In this document: piece by piece, positions 10,032-17,901 of the stretch | How positions within the stretch are numbered: the stretch's first letter is position 1 | How the letters are laid out: each line of letters opens with the position of its first letter | Program-made: the position numbers and the translations under genes | Notes under the pieces: model-generated | What the model was told of the DNA's origin: nothing | Databases searched by the model: none | The model's input: the letters and a program-made list of their open reading frames with translations, nothing else | From: Capnocytophaga sp. | GTDB lineage: Bacteria > Bacteroidota > Bacteroidia > Flavobacteriales > Flavobacteriaceae | Length of the DNA: 62,217 nucleotides | NCBI GenBank assembly: GCA_030523915.1 | Contig: JAUNHN010000001.1 | Coordinates: 1 to 62,217 of the forward strand | Direction of reading: 5' to 3'

Positions 10032-11192
10032 TTATTTAAAATCAATATCATAGAATGATTTTTTCAAATCTATTTTATCATTATTTTTTATTATCTGAAT
10101 GATTTTCTCGGCTGTATTTCCTGTCCCGAAAATTTGTTCTTGCTTTTGAATTTTATTTTTAAAATCAGTACTATTTGCCTGTTTAACAGCTTGTTGTATT
10201 GAGTTTAAATCACCGTTGCAATGCAATACGCTTTTGGGAGCAATCCTTCCTTTTTGTCTATCGCCAATGTTTATGGTTGGGATATTGAAATAAGGCACTT
10301 CTACGATTCCGCTTGATGAGTTACCTATCACAAAATCAACAAATTGCAAAGCCGATAAATAGCGTAACTGCCCTAAGGAGATAAAATCAACGGCTTTATG
10401 TTTATTTTTTTGGACATATTGCGTTATCATCTCGTTGATAATACGTCCGTTTTTGTCCGAATTGGCGTGTGTGAAAATAATATGCGTATTGGTCAAAGCA
10501 TCTAACGTATCTAACACATTTTGAAATACTTCCTTCGGATTTTCTGTTTCCAAAGTAACGGGATGATAGGTTACTAACACATTTTTTTCAGCTAATTGAA
10601 ATCCGATGGAGGTTTCAAATTCCTGCCGAGTCATTAGCTTCAATTTTTTTATTGAATCCAGCCCGATAGCTCCCACATTAAAAACTCGTTCAGGTTGTTC
10701 TCCCAGCTGAATAACACGCTTACGATAGGCTTCTGTTGCGGTAAAATGCAAATGACTGAATTTGGTAATGCTGTGTCGTATAGCTTCGTCATAAGCACCT
10801 TCAGTGGTTTCTCCTCCTGAAATATGAGCCATCGGGATATTCGCCATTGCCGCAGCAATTACGGCTGCCAAAATTTCGGTTCTATCGCCCAAAATCACTA
10901 CCAAATCAGGTGCTAAATCTCGGTAAGCGTCAGCAAAACCCATTACCGCCAAACCTATTGATTTTGAAATACCTACCGAAGAATCCGACGATAGGATACA
11001 CTCCACTTGCTTATCAACTTCAAAACCCGATTTGATAATTTCATTTATCGTATATCCAAATTCGGACGATAAGTGCATTCCCGTCGCAATGATTTGCAAA
11101 TCAAGTTGTACATCATTTTTGACCAATTGTATCAAAGGACGCAACAACCCAAACTCCGCACGAGTACCTGTAACTACACAAATTTTTCTCAT
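10032..11192 (-). CDS. neuC: Hydrolysing NDP-N-acetylhexosamine 2-epimerase (NeuC/LegG)
   Basis: VVTGTRAEFGLL, TGMHLS, LGDRTE, HISGGE, GNSSSGIVE, NIGDRQKGR. Confidence 0.92.
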   Translation of the reverse strand: MRKICVVTGTRAEFGLLRPLIQLVKNDVQLDLQIIATGMHLSSEFGYTINEIIKSGFEVDKQVECILSSDSSVGISKSIGLAVMGFADAYRDLAPDLVVILGDRTEILAAVIAAAMANIPMAHISGGETTEGAYDEAIRHSITKFSHLHFTATEAYRKRVIQLGEQPERVFNVGAIGLDSIKKLKLMTRQEFETSIGFQLAEKNVLVTYHPVTLETENPKEVFQNVLDTLDALTNTHIIFTHANSDKNGRIINEMITQYVQKNKHKAVDFISLGQLRYLSALQFVDFVIGNSSSGIVEVPYFNIPTINIGDRQKGRIAPKSVLHCNGDLNSIQQAVKQANSTDFKNKIQKQEQIFGTGNTAEKIIQIIKNNDKIDLKKSFYDIDFK

Positions 11193-12220
11193 AACTCAAT
11201 CAATTCATCTTCTTCAAAATCTCGTGTTGCCGTTTGACCCAAAATTTCGTTCCATTTCATAGGAGAAATACCAGTTCCTGGTCGTTTTACGATAAGATTT
11301 TCTTCTGTGAAAATGGCTCCTTTTTTGATAGCCGTTTTGGCAACAATGCTTCTTCGGGCAATTGGTTTGTTTTTTATTTCTGAGGCAGAAGGCTCTTTTA
11401 CGCCACTTCCTGCCATTGCTTTTTCTATATTTCGGATGGCTTCGACCATTGCTTTTAGTTCGTTAGGCTCTAATGAGGCTTTGTGGTCGGGACCAGGTAA
11501 ATTTTTATCCAATGTGAAATGTTTTTCAATGACAGTAGCACCCAAAGCAACTGCGGCAATTGGCACTTCAATTCCCAGCGTATGGTCAGAATAACCTACT
11601 GCTACGCCAAGTTCTTTCTGCAAATGAAGCATCGCTCGTAGATTAACATCTTCCATTGGTGTCGGATACTCTGTATTACAATGCAAAACGGTAATGTTTT
11701 CTTTTAAAATTCCGTTTTCTGTAAGTACGGCTATTGCGTCTTTAATTTCCTGAATATCAGCCATTCCAGTAGAAAGAATTACTTCCTTAAAGAGCTGTGC
11801 CACTTTCTTTAAATACGGATAATTAGTAACTTCCCCTGAAGGAATTTTTGCCAATGTAATTCCAGGAATTTTGAAGAAATCCATATTTAGTTTGGATAAA
11901 GCATCGACAGAAACCAAATCAAAAGGAGTTGAAGCAAATTTTATATTTTTTTCCTTAGCATATTCAGCCAATTTTTCAAAATCAGATAAAGGAAGATGTA
12001 TTTTTTTTGTCATCTCTAACTGAGATTCTTGCTGTCCTAAATTTTCAATTTGATAATCAGCCATAGCCCCTTCTTTTGTTACCACCAAATGAGGTACAGC
12101 AGTCTGAAACTTTACATAATCAGCCCCACTTTCGGAGGCAACATCAATTAGCTTTTTTGCGGTATTAAAATCTGCATTATGGTTTACTCCTGCTTCTGCA
12201 ATAATTATAACTTTGTTCAT
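11189..12220 (-). CDS. neuB: Nonulosonic acid synthase (NeuB/LegI) with an 8-aa insertion
   Basis: IIAEAGVNHN, VKFQT, STPFD, LHCNTEYPTP, GYSDHT, IEKHFTLD, GPDHKASLEP and a C-terminal SAF domain (KRPGTGISP). Confidence 0.93.
   Translation of the reverse strand: MNKVIIIAEAGVNHNADFNTAKKLIDVASESGADYVKFQTAVPHLVVTKEGAMADYQIENLGQQESQLEMTKKIHLPLSDFEKLAEYAKEKNIKFASTPFDLVSVDALSKLNMDFFKIPGITLAKIPSGEVTNYPYLKKVAQLFKEVILSTGMADIQEIKDAIAVLTENGILKENITVLHCNTEYPTPMEDVNLRAMLHLQKELGVAVGYSDHTLGIEVPIAAVALGATVIEKHFTLDKNLPGPDHKASLEPNELKAMVEAIRNIEKAMAGSGVKEPSASEIKNKPIARRSIVAKTAIKKGAIFTEENLIVKRPGTGISPMKWNEILGQTATRDFEEDELIEL
11840..11872. repeat. 9-bp direct repeat (AGGAATTTT) flanking 15 unique bp in neuB; 24-bp in-frame insertion
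   Basis: Copies at 11840-11848 and 11864-11872. The protein reads KIP-GITLA-KIP-SGE. Confidence 0.85.
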
Positions 12221-12531
12221 TTCTTTTTGTTGTTTAATTTAGTTGAAATTTCTTCCCAATTTGTGAATTGTAATGCCCTATCGTCAATCCAAACATCACC
12301 AATAGGTTTCCCCATAATCAGTTGATGATATTTGAATCCGTTGTTTTTAAGCCAATTGGTAGTCATTTCAAACTCCATCCAAGTTCTTGCGGTATAGAAA
12401 ATAATTGTATTTCCTTGCTCGAACAAAGCATTTACAGATTCAACAGCTCCTTCCAAAGGCTTGGCTAATGCTCTGCTGAACATTCTTTCTTCTGTGCATA
12501 TTGTTCCGTCTATATCAATTATTATCTGCAT
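12217..12531 (-). CDS. Small capless HAD-superfamily phosphatase
   Basis: Motif I DIDGTI, motif II YTAR, motif III GKP, motif IV WIDDRA; 104 aa. Confidence 0.85.
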   Translation of the reverse strand: MQIIIDIDGTICTEERMFSRALAKPLEGAVESVNALFEQGNTIIFYTARTWMEFEMTTNWLKNNGFKYHQLIMGKPIGDVWIDDRALQFTNWEEISTKLNNKKK

Positions 12532-13468
12532 ATTCTTTAACTTTATAATATTCTTTAAACCGTCTAATCATCATCAAGTTATCTGTCCATTTTTCATTAG
12601 AAAATTCGTCCATTTTTAAAAAATCCCTCAATAAATACATAGGACTATCAGCTCCTGCCGCAATGGAATTTAATACACCTCCTCCAAAACGAGGATTTAT
12701 TTCCATAAAAAATAAATTTTGCTCTTTATCTTTTAAAATTTGCAATGTCAAAGCTCCTACTAATTTTGTTTTTTCTATAATATTTCTTGCAAAAGTTTCT
12801 ATTTTTGCATTTCGTTTAGTAATGGATTTTATTGATTCGCCACCCTGAGTCTCCAATCGTTGGCGAGGTACTATTGAAAGTATTTTATTTGTTCGAACTG
12901 TTCTATAAATATCTATGGTGTATTCTTCACCTTTGATAAACTGTTGGATTAAATATTTATCTTTCTGTTCTAAATTCCTTAGTTCTGATTCATTATTCAG
13001 TATGATAATCCCTTTGGAAGCAGAGCCTTCTAATGGTTTAGCAATCAATGGAAAATCTAACAAGTCATCTTTTGGAATAGCGATATTATTTTCTTTGCAC
13101 CAATTATTTGCAAGTCTTTTATTAAAAAATATAGAACACATTTCTACATCAGAAACTGGAATGAAAACACCATTTTTTGATGATTCTTTAATTTCAGAAG
13201 CAATAATAGTAGCGGGGTCAACGAAAGGTAATAAAATGTCGATTTTATATTTTTCTATCGTTTCGCTAATATGAGTTATCACAGATTTATCCGACCATTT
13301 TTTTCCTTGAATTACGTTCCCAACAAAAGATATAGGGCAATCATCATTCAATTCGTACGAAAAAATAGCTATATTAATACCTAATTCTTTCCCTGCTCGG
13401 ATAAATTCCTCTGCCAAAGAAACTCGCTTAGCCCCTCCTAAAAATAAAATATTTATATTTTTTGTCAT
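12515..13468 (-). CDS. ATP-grasp ligase (CarB/PylC-like)
   Basis: FPLIAKPLEGSASKGI, IQQFIKGEEYTID, FMEINPRFGGG. Confidence 0.85.
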   Translation of the reverse strand: MTKNINILFLGGAKRVSLAEEFIRAGKELGINIAIFSYELNDDCPISFVGNVIQGKKWSDKSVITHISETIEKYKIDILLPFVDPATIIASEIKESSKNGVFIPVSDVEMCSIFFNKRLANNWCKENNIAIPKDDLLDFPLIAKPLEGSASKGIIILNNESELRNLEQKDKYLIQQFIKGEEYTIDIYRTVRTNKILSIVPRQRLETQGGESIKSITKRNAKIETFARNIIEKTKLVGALTLQILKDKEQNLFFMEINPRFGGGVLNSIAAGADSPMYLLRDFLKMDEFSNEKWTDNLMMIRRFKEYYKVKEYADNN

Positions 13469-13582
13469 TTTTTGATAACAAACTACTTTTCAATAACTTT
13501 TAATTCTTTTTTGCAATTATACTACGTTGATAATATTCGAATACTATCTTTTTTATTGTTTTTGTTGCGAAATAAGCTTTCA

Positions 13583-14794
13583 TTACATTTTTGAATCAAG
13601 ATATTTTCCAGTTTCTTGATGGTCAAAATTAACCAAAAAATTCTTCATCACACGCACGATGTCCGCTTTTTCTGTTTTCGTATCTTCAAAAAGATGCAAT
13701 AACGAATTAATTAATGTTTCTACTTCCTTTTTTGTTTTAAATTCTTGTAAATCAATAACTCCCAATGCGTTGTACAAACCCATATTCACCGATTCGCTTT
13801 CGGTAAAAAACTCTTCATAAGGTTTTTCTCCCGTGGTATCGCTTTGCGAAAAATATACGGGATATTTCGCTTGATTTTCTTGGAAAATTTGAGCTTTTTG
13901 CAAGGCTTCTTGTTCGTTTGCACTATAATCAGCCTCGTATCCCAATTCTTTCAATAGCAATTCCGCTATCTCAGCAAAAGTCATTACTTGTTCTTTTTTT
14001 AGCTTTGGAAAATATATTTGCCCCGTTTTGCCTAAAACACAAGCCATTAGACAAATCTGTCCGCTTTCCTCAGGCGACACGAAATAGCGTGTAACATCAC
14101 TCGGAGCCGAAATAGGTTGTTTTTTTGCCACTCGTTCTAAAAATCCTGCAGGTAATGAACCGTTTGAGAACGCTACATTCGCAAAACGAGCCGTTGTTAC
14201 AGGAAATTTATCGGCGTAGGACATAATCATATCTTCCATAATTTTTTTGCTTCCTCCCATAATGTTTACAGGGTTGGCAGCCTTGTCTGTCGAAACGCAG
14301 AAAAAGTGCTTTGGCGGATATTTTTCTAACAAATCCAATAAGATTTTGGCATTGATTACATTGTTTTTGAGTAATGCTTCTACCGAAAATTTATCTTTTT
14401 CACTACGAACGTGCTTATGAGCCGAGAAATTTGCTACAATATCAAAACCTTGGTTGGCAACAAACATTTTTTTAAAAGTATCGTCTGCATAACTCATTGG
14501 ATATGTGATGTATTGCTGAGGTATGAACATTCCTGATGTACTACGCAAATCACGTGTAAGTTCTGCTAATCCATTCTCGTTTATGTCTACAACAACCAAT
14601 TTTTGAGGTTCAAAGGACAATAAAGCCTTTATAAAAGAACTCCCAATAGACCCTGCTCCACCGATTACTAAAACAGTTTTATCCTTGATTTCGGAGGATA
14701 ATTTTGCCTTATTATTATCTAAATCTACTGCAAACATACTTTGCGAGCGATTTATTACATTTTTCTCTATAAATTGATTGATATTTAGCATCAT
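13583..14794 (-). CDS. NDP-GlcNAc 4,6-dehydratase (LegB-like)
   Basis: VIGGAGSIGS, ANFSAHKHVRSE, CVSTDKAANPVNIMGGSK, ARFANVAFSNGSL. Confidence 0.85.
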   Translation of the reverse strand: MMLNINQFIEKNVINRSQSMFAVDLDNNKAKLSSEIKDKTVLVIGGAGSIGSSFIKALLSFEPQKLVVVDINENGLAELTRDLRSTSGMFIPQQYITYPMSYADDTFKKMFVANQGFDIVANFSAHKHVRSEKDKFSVEALLKNNVINAKILLDLLEKYPPKHFFCVSTDKAANPVNIMGGSKKIMEDMIMSYADKFPVTTARFANVAFSNGSLPAGFLERVAKKQPISAPSDVTRYFVSPEESGQICLMACVLGKTGQIYFPKLKKEQVMTFAEIAELLLKELGYEADYSANEQEALQKAQIFQENQAKYPVYFSQSDTTGEKPYEEFFTESESVNMGLYNALGVIDLQEFKTKKEVETLINSLLHLFEDTKTEKADIVRVMKNFLVNFDHQETGKYLDSKM

Positions 14795-14869
14795 AATTAC
14801 ATATTTAGTTTAAATATTTTTCAGAAATACATTTTTTCTTAAATTCATTTCATAAATCCATGAATATTT

Positions 14870-15769
14870 TTAAAAAATGTTCTTTTTTAGATTTTCAATA
14901 TATTCCAAAATCGTTTTTTCTGCTTTCCAACCCAAATGCTTTGTTTTTTCGGAAATGACATCGGCTATCATTCGGTTGCCTTTGCGTTCGGGGAGCATTT
15001 GTACGTTGCCTCCAAAAAGTTGAGCGATTTCCAAAACCGAAAAAGCCTCTGGACTTCCGATGCCATATTCATCGCCTTGTCCCTTTTCTCCTACAAGCAA
15101 AAGCCCCGAAACGATGTCATCAATATGTGTGAAATTCCGCTTTTGCGTACCAGGGCTAACCACGGTAAGAGGTTCGCCTTTTTTCATTTTTTCTGCAAAA
15201 AGAGCTATCAAGGTGGCATATTTGCCCGTATTTATTTCGCGATTTCCATAAACATTATAGAAATACGTAATGGCATATTCCAATCCGTACCATTCTCCGT
15301 AGTTTTTAATCATCTCAGTATTAGAGGCTTTGCTCCACGCATACGGACTTTGATTTCTGCCAAGCCCACCATCGCCAAATTTGGTGCTACTGCCCGCATA
15401 GATGAGTTTGCATTTATGCTTCCTGCAGAATTCTAATACTTTTGAAGTTCCTATTCTGTTGAATAATAGCACTTTATCAATATCTTCGAAACTTTGTTCT
15501 ACTCGCGAATATTCTCCCAAATGATAAATTAAATTAGGAATAAAGTCAATTAATTCAAAAATATGTTCCGTGCTTCCTTCTATGTAGGTTACTCCTTCTA
15601 TATGATTCTCTCGGCTACCTGTAAAGTAGTTATCCAATGAATAGACCTCATTATTAGGGTTTTTCACCAAAGTTTCACACAGATTTGACCCTACAAAACC
15701 TGCTCCACCTGTTACTAAAATCGTCTTTTTTAAATTAAAATTATTCACTGAAAATGTCCTCTGTGTCAA
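14870..15769 (-). CDS. NAD-dependent sugar epimerase/dehydratase (extended SDR)
   Basis: LVTGGAGFVGS, YAWSK, YFYNVYG, RNFTHIDDIV. No in-frame ATG near the start, so the start is TTG 15769 or GTG 15748, both within the 3' end of the Uma2 gene. Confidence 0.85.
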   Translation of the reverse strand: MTQRTFSVNNFNLKKTILVTGGAGFVGSNLCETLVKNPNNEVYSLDNYFTGSRENHIEGVTYIEGSTEHIFELIDFIPNLIYHLGEYSRVEQSFEDIDKVLLFNRIGTSKVLEFCRKHKCKLIYAGSSTKFGDGGLGRNQSPYAWSKASNTEMIKNYGEWYGLEYAITYFYNVYGNREINTGKYATLIALFAEKMKKGEPLTVVSPGTQKRNFTHIDDIVSGLLLVGEKGQGDEYGIGSPEAFSVLEIAQLFGGNVQMLPERKGNRMIADVISEKTKHLGWKAEKTILEYIENLKKNIF

Positions 15770-16331
15770 TGATTAAGTTAGAAAATATAGCCGAATTAGC
15801 CTTGTCGCCTCGCACAATGGGAGGTAAAGAATGGTACTTTCCGTTCTCTAATACAAAAATTAGTATATTCTCATCGGCTGGGTGTACAATCCAATATTCT
15901 CGCACACCAGCTTCTTGATAAAGTTCAAATTTGTCTTTCATCTCTTTTTTGGAGTTACCTGGTGAAAGGATTTCGATAATCAAATCGGGAGCTCCAATAC
16001 ACCCTCGTTCGTCCAATTTATTTGGCTCACAAATTATGCAAAGGTCTGGCTGTACTACGGTGTATATTTGTTCATTTTTTTTACTTTGCTTAGGCAAACG
16101 AACGTCAAAAGGAGCAGCAAAAAGCTGACAAGTTTTTCCTTTAAAAAACAGATATAACTCGCCATTTAGATTTTTAGAAATTCGCTGATGCTTGGTGCTG
16201 GGAGCTGGTGACATAGCGAATATTTTTCCTCTGAAAAGCTCTACCCGTTCTTTGAGTTTCCATAACAAATAATCGGCGTATGTATAAACTCCGTTGGCAA
16301 CGTCTAACTGATTTAAGTTTGTGATTTCCAT
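15741..16331 (-). CDS. Uma2 (DUF820) family PD-(D/E)xK endonuclease-like protein
   Basis: YTYADYL, MSPAPSTKHQRI, VVQPDL, GAPDLIIEILSP, KFELYQEAGVREYWIVHP. Confidence 0.9.
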   Translation of the reverse strand: MEITNLNQLDVANGVYTYADYLLWKLKERVELFRGKIFAMSPAPSTKHQRISKNLNGELYLFFKGKTCQLFAAPFDVRLPKQSKKNEQIYTVVQPDLCIICEPNKLDERGCIGAPDLIIEILSPGNSKKEMKDKFELYQEAGVREYWIVHPADENILIFVLENGKYHSLPPIVRGDKANSAIFSNLIIDTEDIFSE

Positions 16332-16364
16332 AGTTTTAGTTATTACACTATACGTTTTTAAAAA

Positions 16365-17702
16365 TTAATCTTCCGCAGAAAGACTTTTCCCGATTTGGAA
16401 ATATTCAAAGCCTTGTTCTGGTAAATCGAATGAATTGTATTGATTTCGCCCATCGAAAATCACTTTTTCTTTGAGAAGTTTAGCAATTTCATCAAAATCA
16501 GGTGAGCGAAATTCTTTCCATTCGGTAAGTAAAATCATTGCATCGGCTCCTTTAAGAGCTTCGTATTTACTGTCCAAATATGTGATATTTAACCCTTTGA
16601 GATAAAAATTTTGGGCTTCGTGTATCGCTTTTGGGTCGTATGCTCTTATTTTAGCTCCGTGCCTGATGAGTTCTTTTATTACATAAATGGCAGGAGCTTC
16701 ACGCATATCGTCTGTTTCGGGTTTGAATGACAAGCCCCATACGGCAAATGTTTTTCCGCTTAGGTTTTCGCCATATTTTTTTATTACTTTTTGAGCGATG
16801 ACATACTTCTGACGGTTATTCACGTTGTCTACCGAAGTGATAAGTTCGGCATTGTAACCTACTTCTTCGGATAACTTCTTCAATGCCAAAATATCTTTTG
16901 GAAAACAAGAACCTCCATAACCACAACCAGGGTAGATAAAACTATACCCAATGCGGCTATCAGACCCGATGCCTAAGCGTACTTTGTTCACGTCGGCTCC
17001 TACACGCTCACAGATGTTAGCAATCTCATTCATAAACGAAATTTTGGTAGCAAGCATTGCATTGGCAGCATATTTGGTCATTTCCGCAGAACGAATGCTC
17101 ATTGTGATGAAACGTTCGTGTTGCATAAAGAAGGAAGAATAAAGGTTTTTCATTTTATTAAAAACATATTCGCTTTCAGCTCCGATTACCACGCGGTCAG
17201 GCTTCATAAAGTCCTGAACGGCTTTACCTTCTTTCAGAAATTCGGGGTTTGAAACTACATCAAAAGCCAGAGAAACCCCTCGTTTTTGTAATATTTCTGC
17301 TATGGTATCTTTGATTCTGTCCACAGTTCCTATCGGTACGGTTGATTTATTGACTACAATAAGCCGTTTTTGCATCGACTCTCCGATGGATTTTGCTACT
17401 GCAAGTACGTATTGCAAATCTGCCGAACCGTCATCGCCCATAGGAGTTCCCACAGCGATAAAGACAATTTCCACATCTTTGATAGCTTCTGCCAAATCGG
17501 TTGTGAAATATAGATTTTTATTGGCAATATTTTTTAAAACCATTGATTCCAATCCTGGTTCGTAAATAGGAATAATGCCTTTTTTCAGATTGTCAATCTT
17601 TTCAGAATTAATATCCACACAAGTTATGTGATTCCCAACTTCGGCAAAACAAGTACCCGATACCAAGCCCACATAACCAGTTCCTATTACAGCTATTTTC
17701 AT
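16365..17702 (-). CDS. ugd: UDP-glucose 6-dehydrogenase
   Basis: IGTGYVGL, FIAVGTP, SNPEFLKEG, GYGGSCFPKD (catalytic Cys), FKPETDDMRE, IFDGRN. Confidence 0.95.
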   Translation of the reverse strand: MKIAVIGTGYVGLVSGTCFAEVGNHITCVDINSEKIDNLKKGIIPIYEPGLESMVLKNIANKNLYFTTDLAEAIKDVEIVFIAVGTPMGDDGSADLQYVLAVAKSIGESMQKRLIVVNKSTVPIGTVDRIKDTIAEILQKRGVSLAFDVVSNPEFLKEGKAVQDFMKPDRVVIGAESEYVFNKMKNLYSSFFMQHERFITMSIRSAEMTKYAANAMLATKISFMNEIANICERVGADVNKVRLGIGSDSRIGYSFIYPGCGYGGSCFPKDILALKKLSEEVGYNAELITSVDNVNNRQKYVIAQKVIKKYGENLSGKTFAVWGLSFKPETDDMREAPAIYVIKELIRHGAKIRAYDPKAIHEAQNFYLKGLNITYLDSKYEALKGADAMILLTEWKEFRSPDFDEIAKLLKEKVIFDGRNQYNSFDLPEQGFEYFQIGKSLSAED

Positions 17703-17752
17703 TTATTTTGGGTATTAAAATTTCTATTTACAATCAGAAATACTTTATTTTG

Positions 17753-17760
17753 CAAAGATA
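17753..17760 (-). promoter_or_regulatory. Bacteroidota sigma-A -7 element (TATCTTTG) for the polysaccharide operon
   Basis: The minus strand reads TATCTTTGCA, about 50 nt upstream of the ugd ATG; matches TAnnTTTG. Confidence 0.7.
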
Positions 17761-17865
17761 CGTTTTTAATTGAAAAAATAAGCCTAAAAAATCTTTTTTG
17801 ATATGGAATTAATTTTTTTTTGTAAAAAAATATATTTGGAAGGAATAAAAATTAATTTTTTGTTT

Positions 17866-17873
17866 TAACTTTG
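17866..17873 (+). promoter_or_regulatory. Candidate -7 element (TAACTTTG) for the DASS transporter
   Basis: TAnnTTTG match ending 28 nt before ATG 17902. An alternative TATATTTG lies at 17831-17838. Confidence 0.5.
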
Positions 17874-17901
17874 TAAAATACATTTCTAATTTATTTGTGT
17901 T

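Noticed and set aside
14825-14895. Spacer segment (NLRKNVF) resembling the epimerase C-terminus (NLKKNIF), a possible recombination scar
   Set aside because: Only 15 of 21 nt match in very AT-rich DNA, which is compatible with chance.
1-17900. Numerous A/T homopolymers of 7-10 nt as phase-variation sites
   Set aside because: Expected at this AT content and not associated with any frameshift I could detect.
17703-17901. Possible invertible promoter or ops/JUMPstart element ahead of the glycan operon
   Set aside because: I found no convincing inverted repeats flanking the promoter, no ops-like motif, and no recombinase or UpxY gene in the window.
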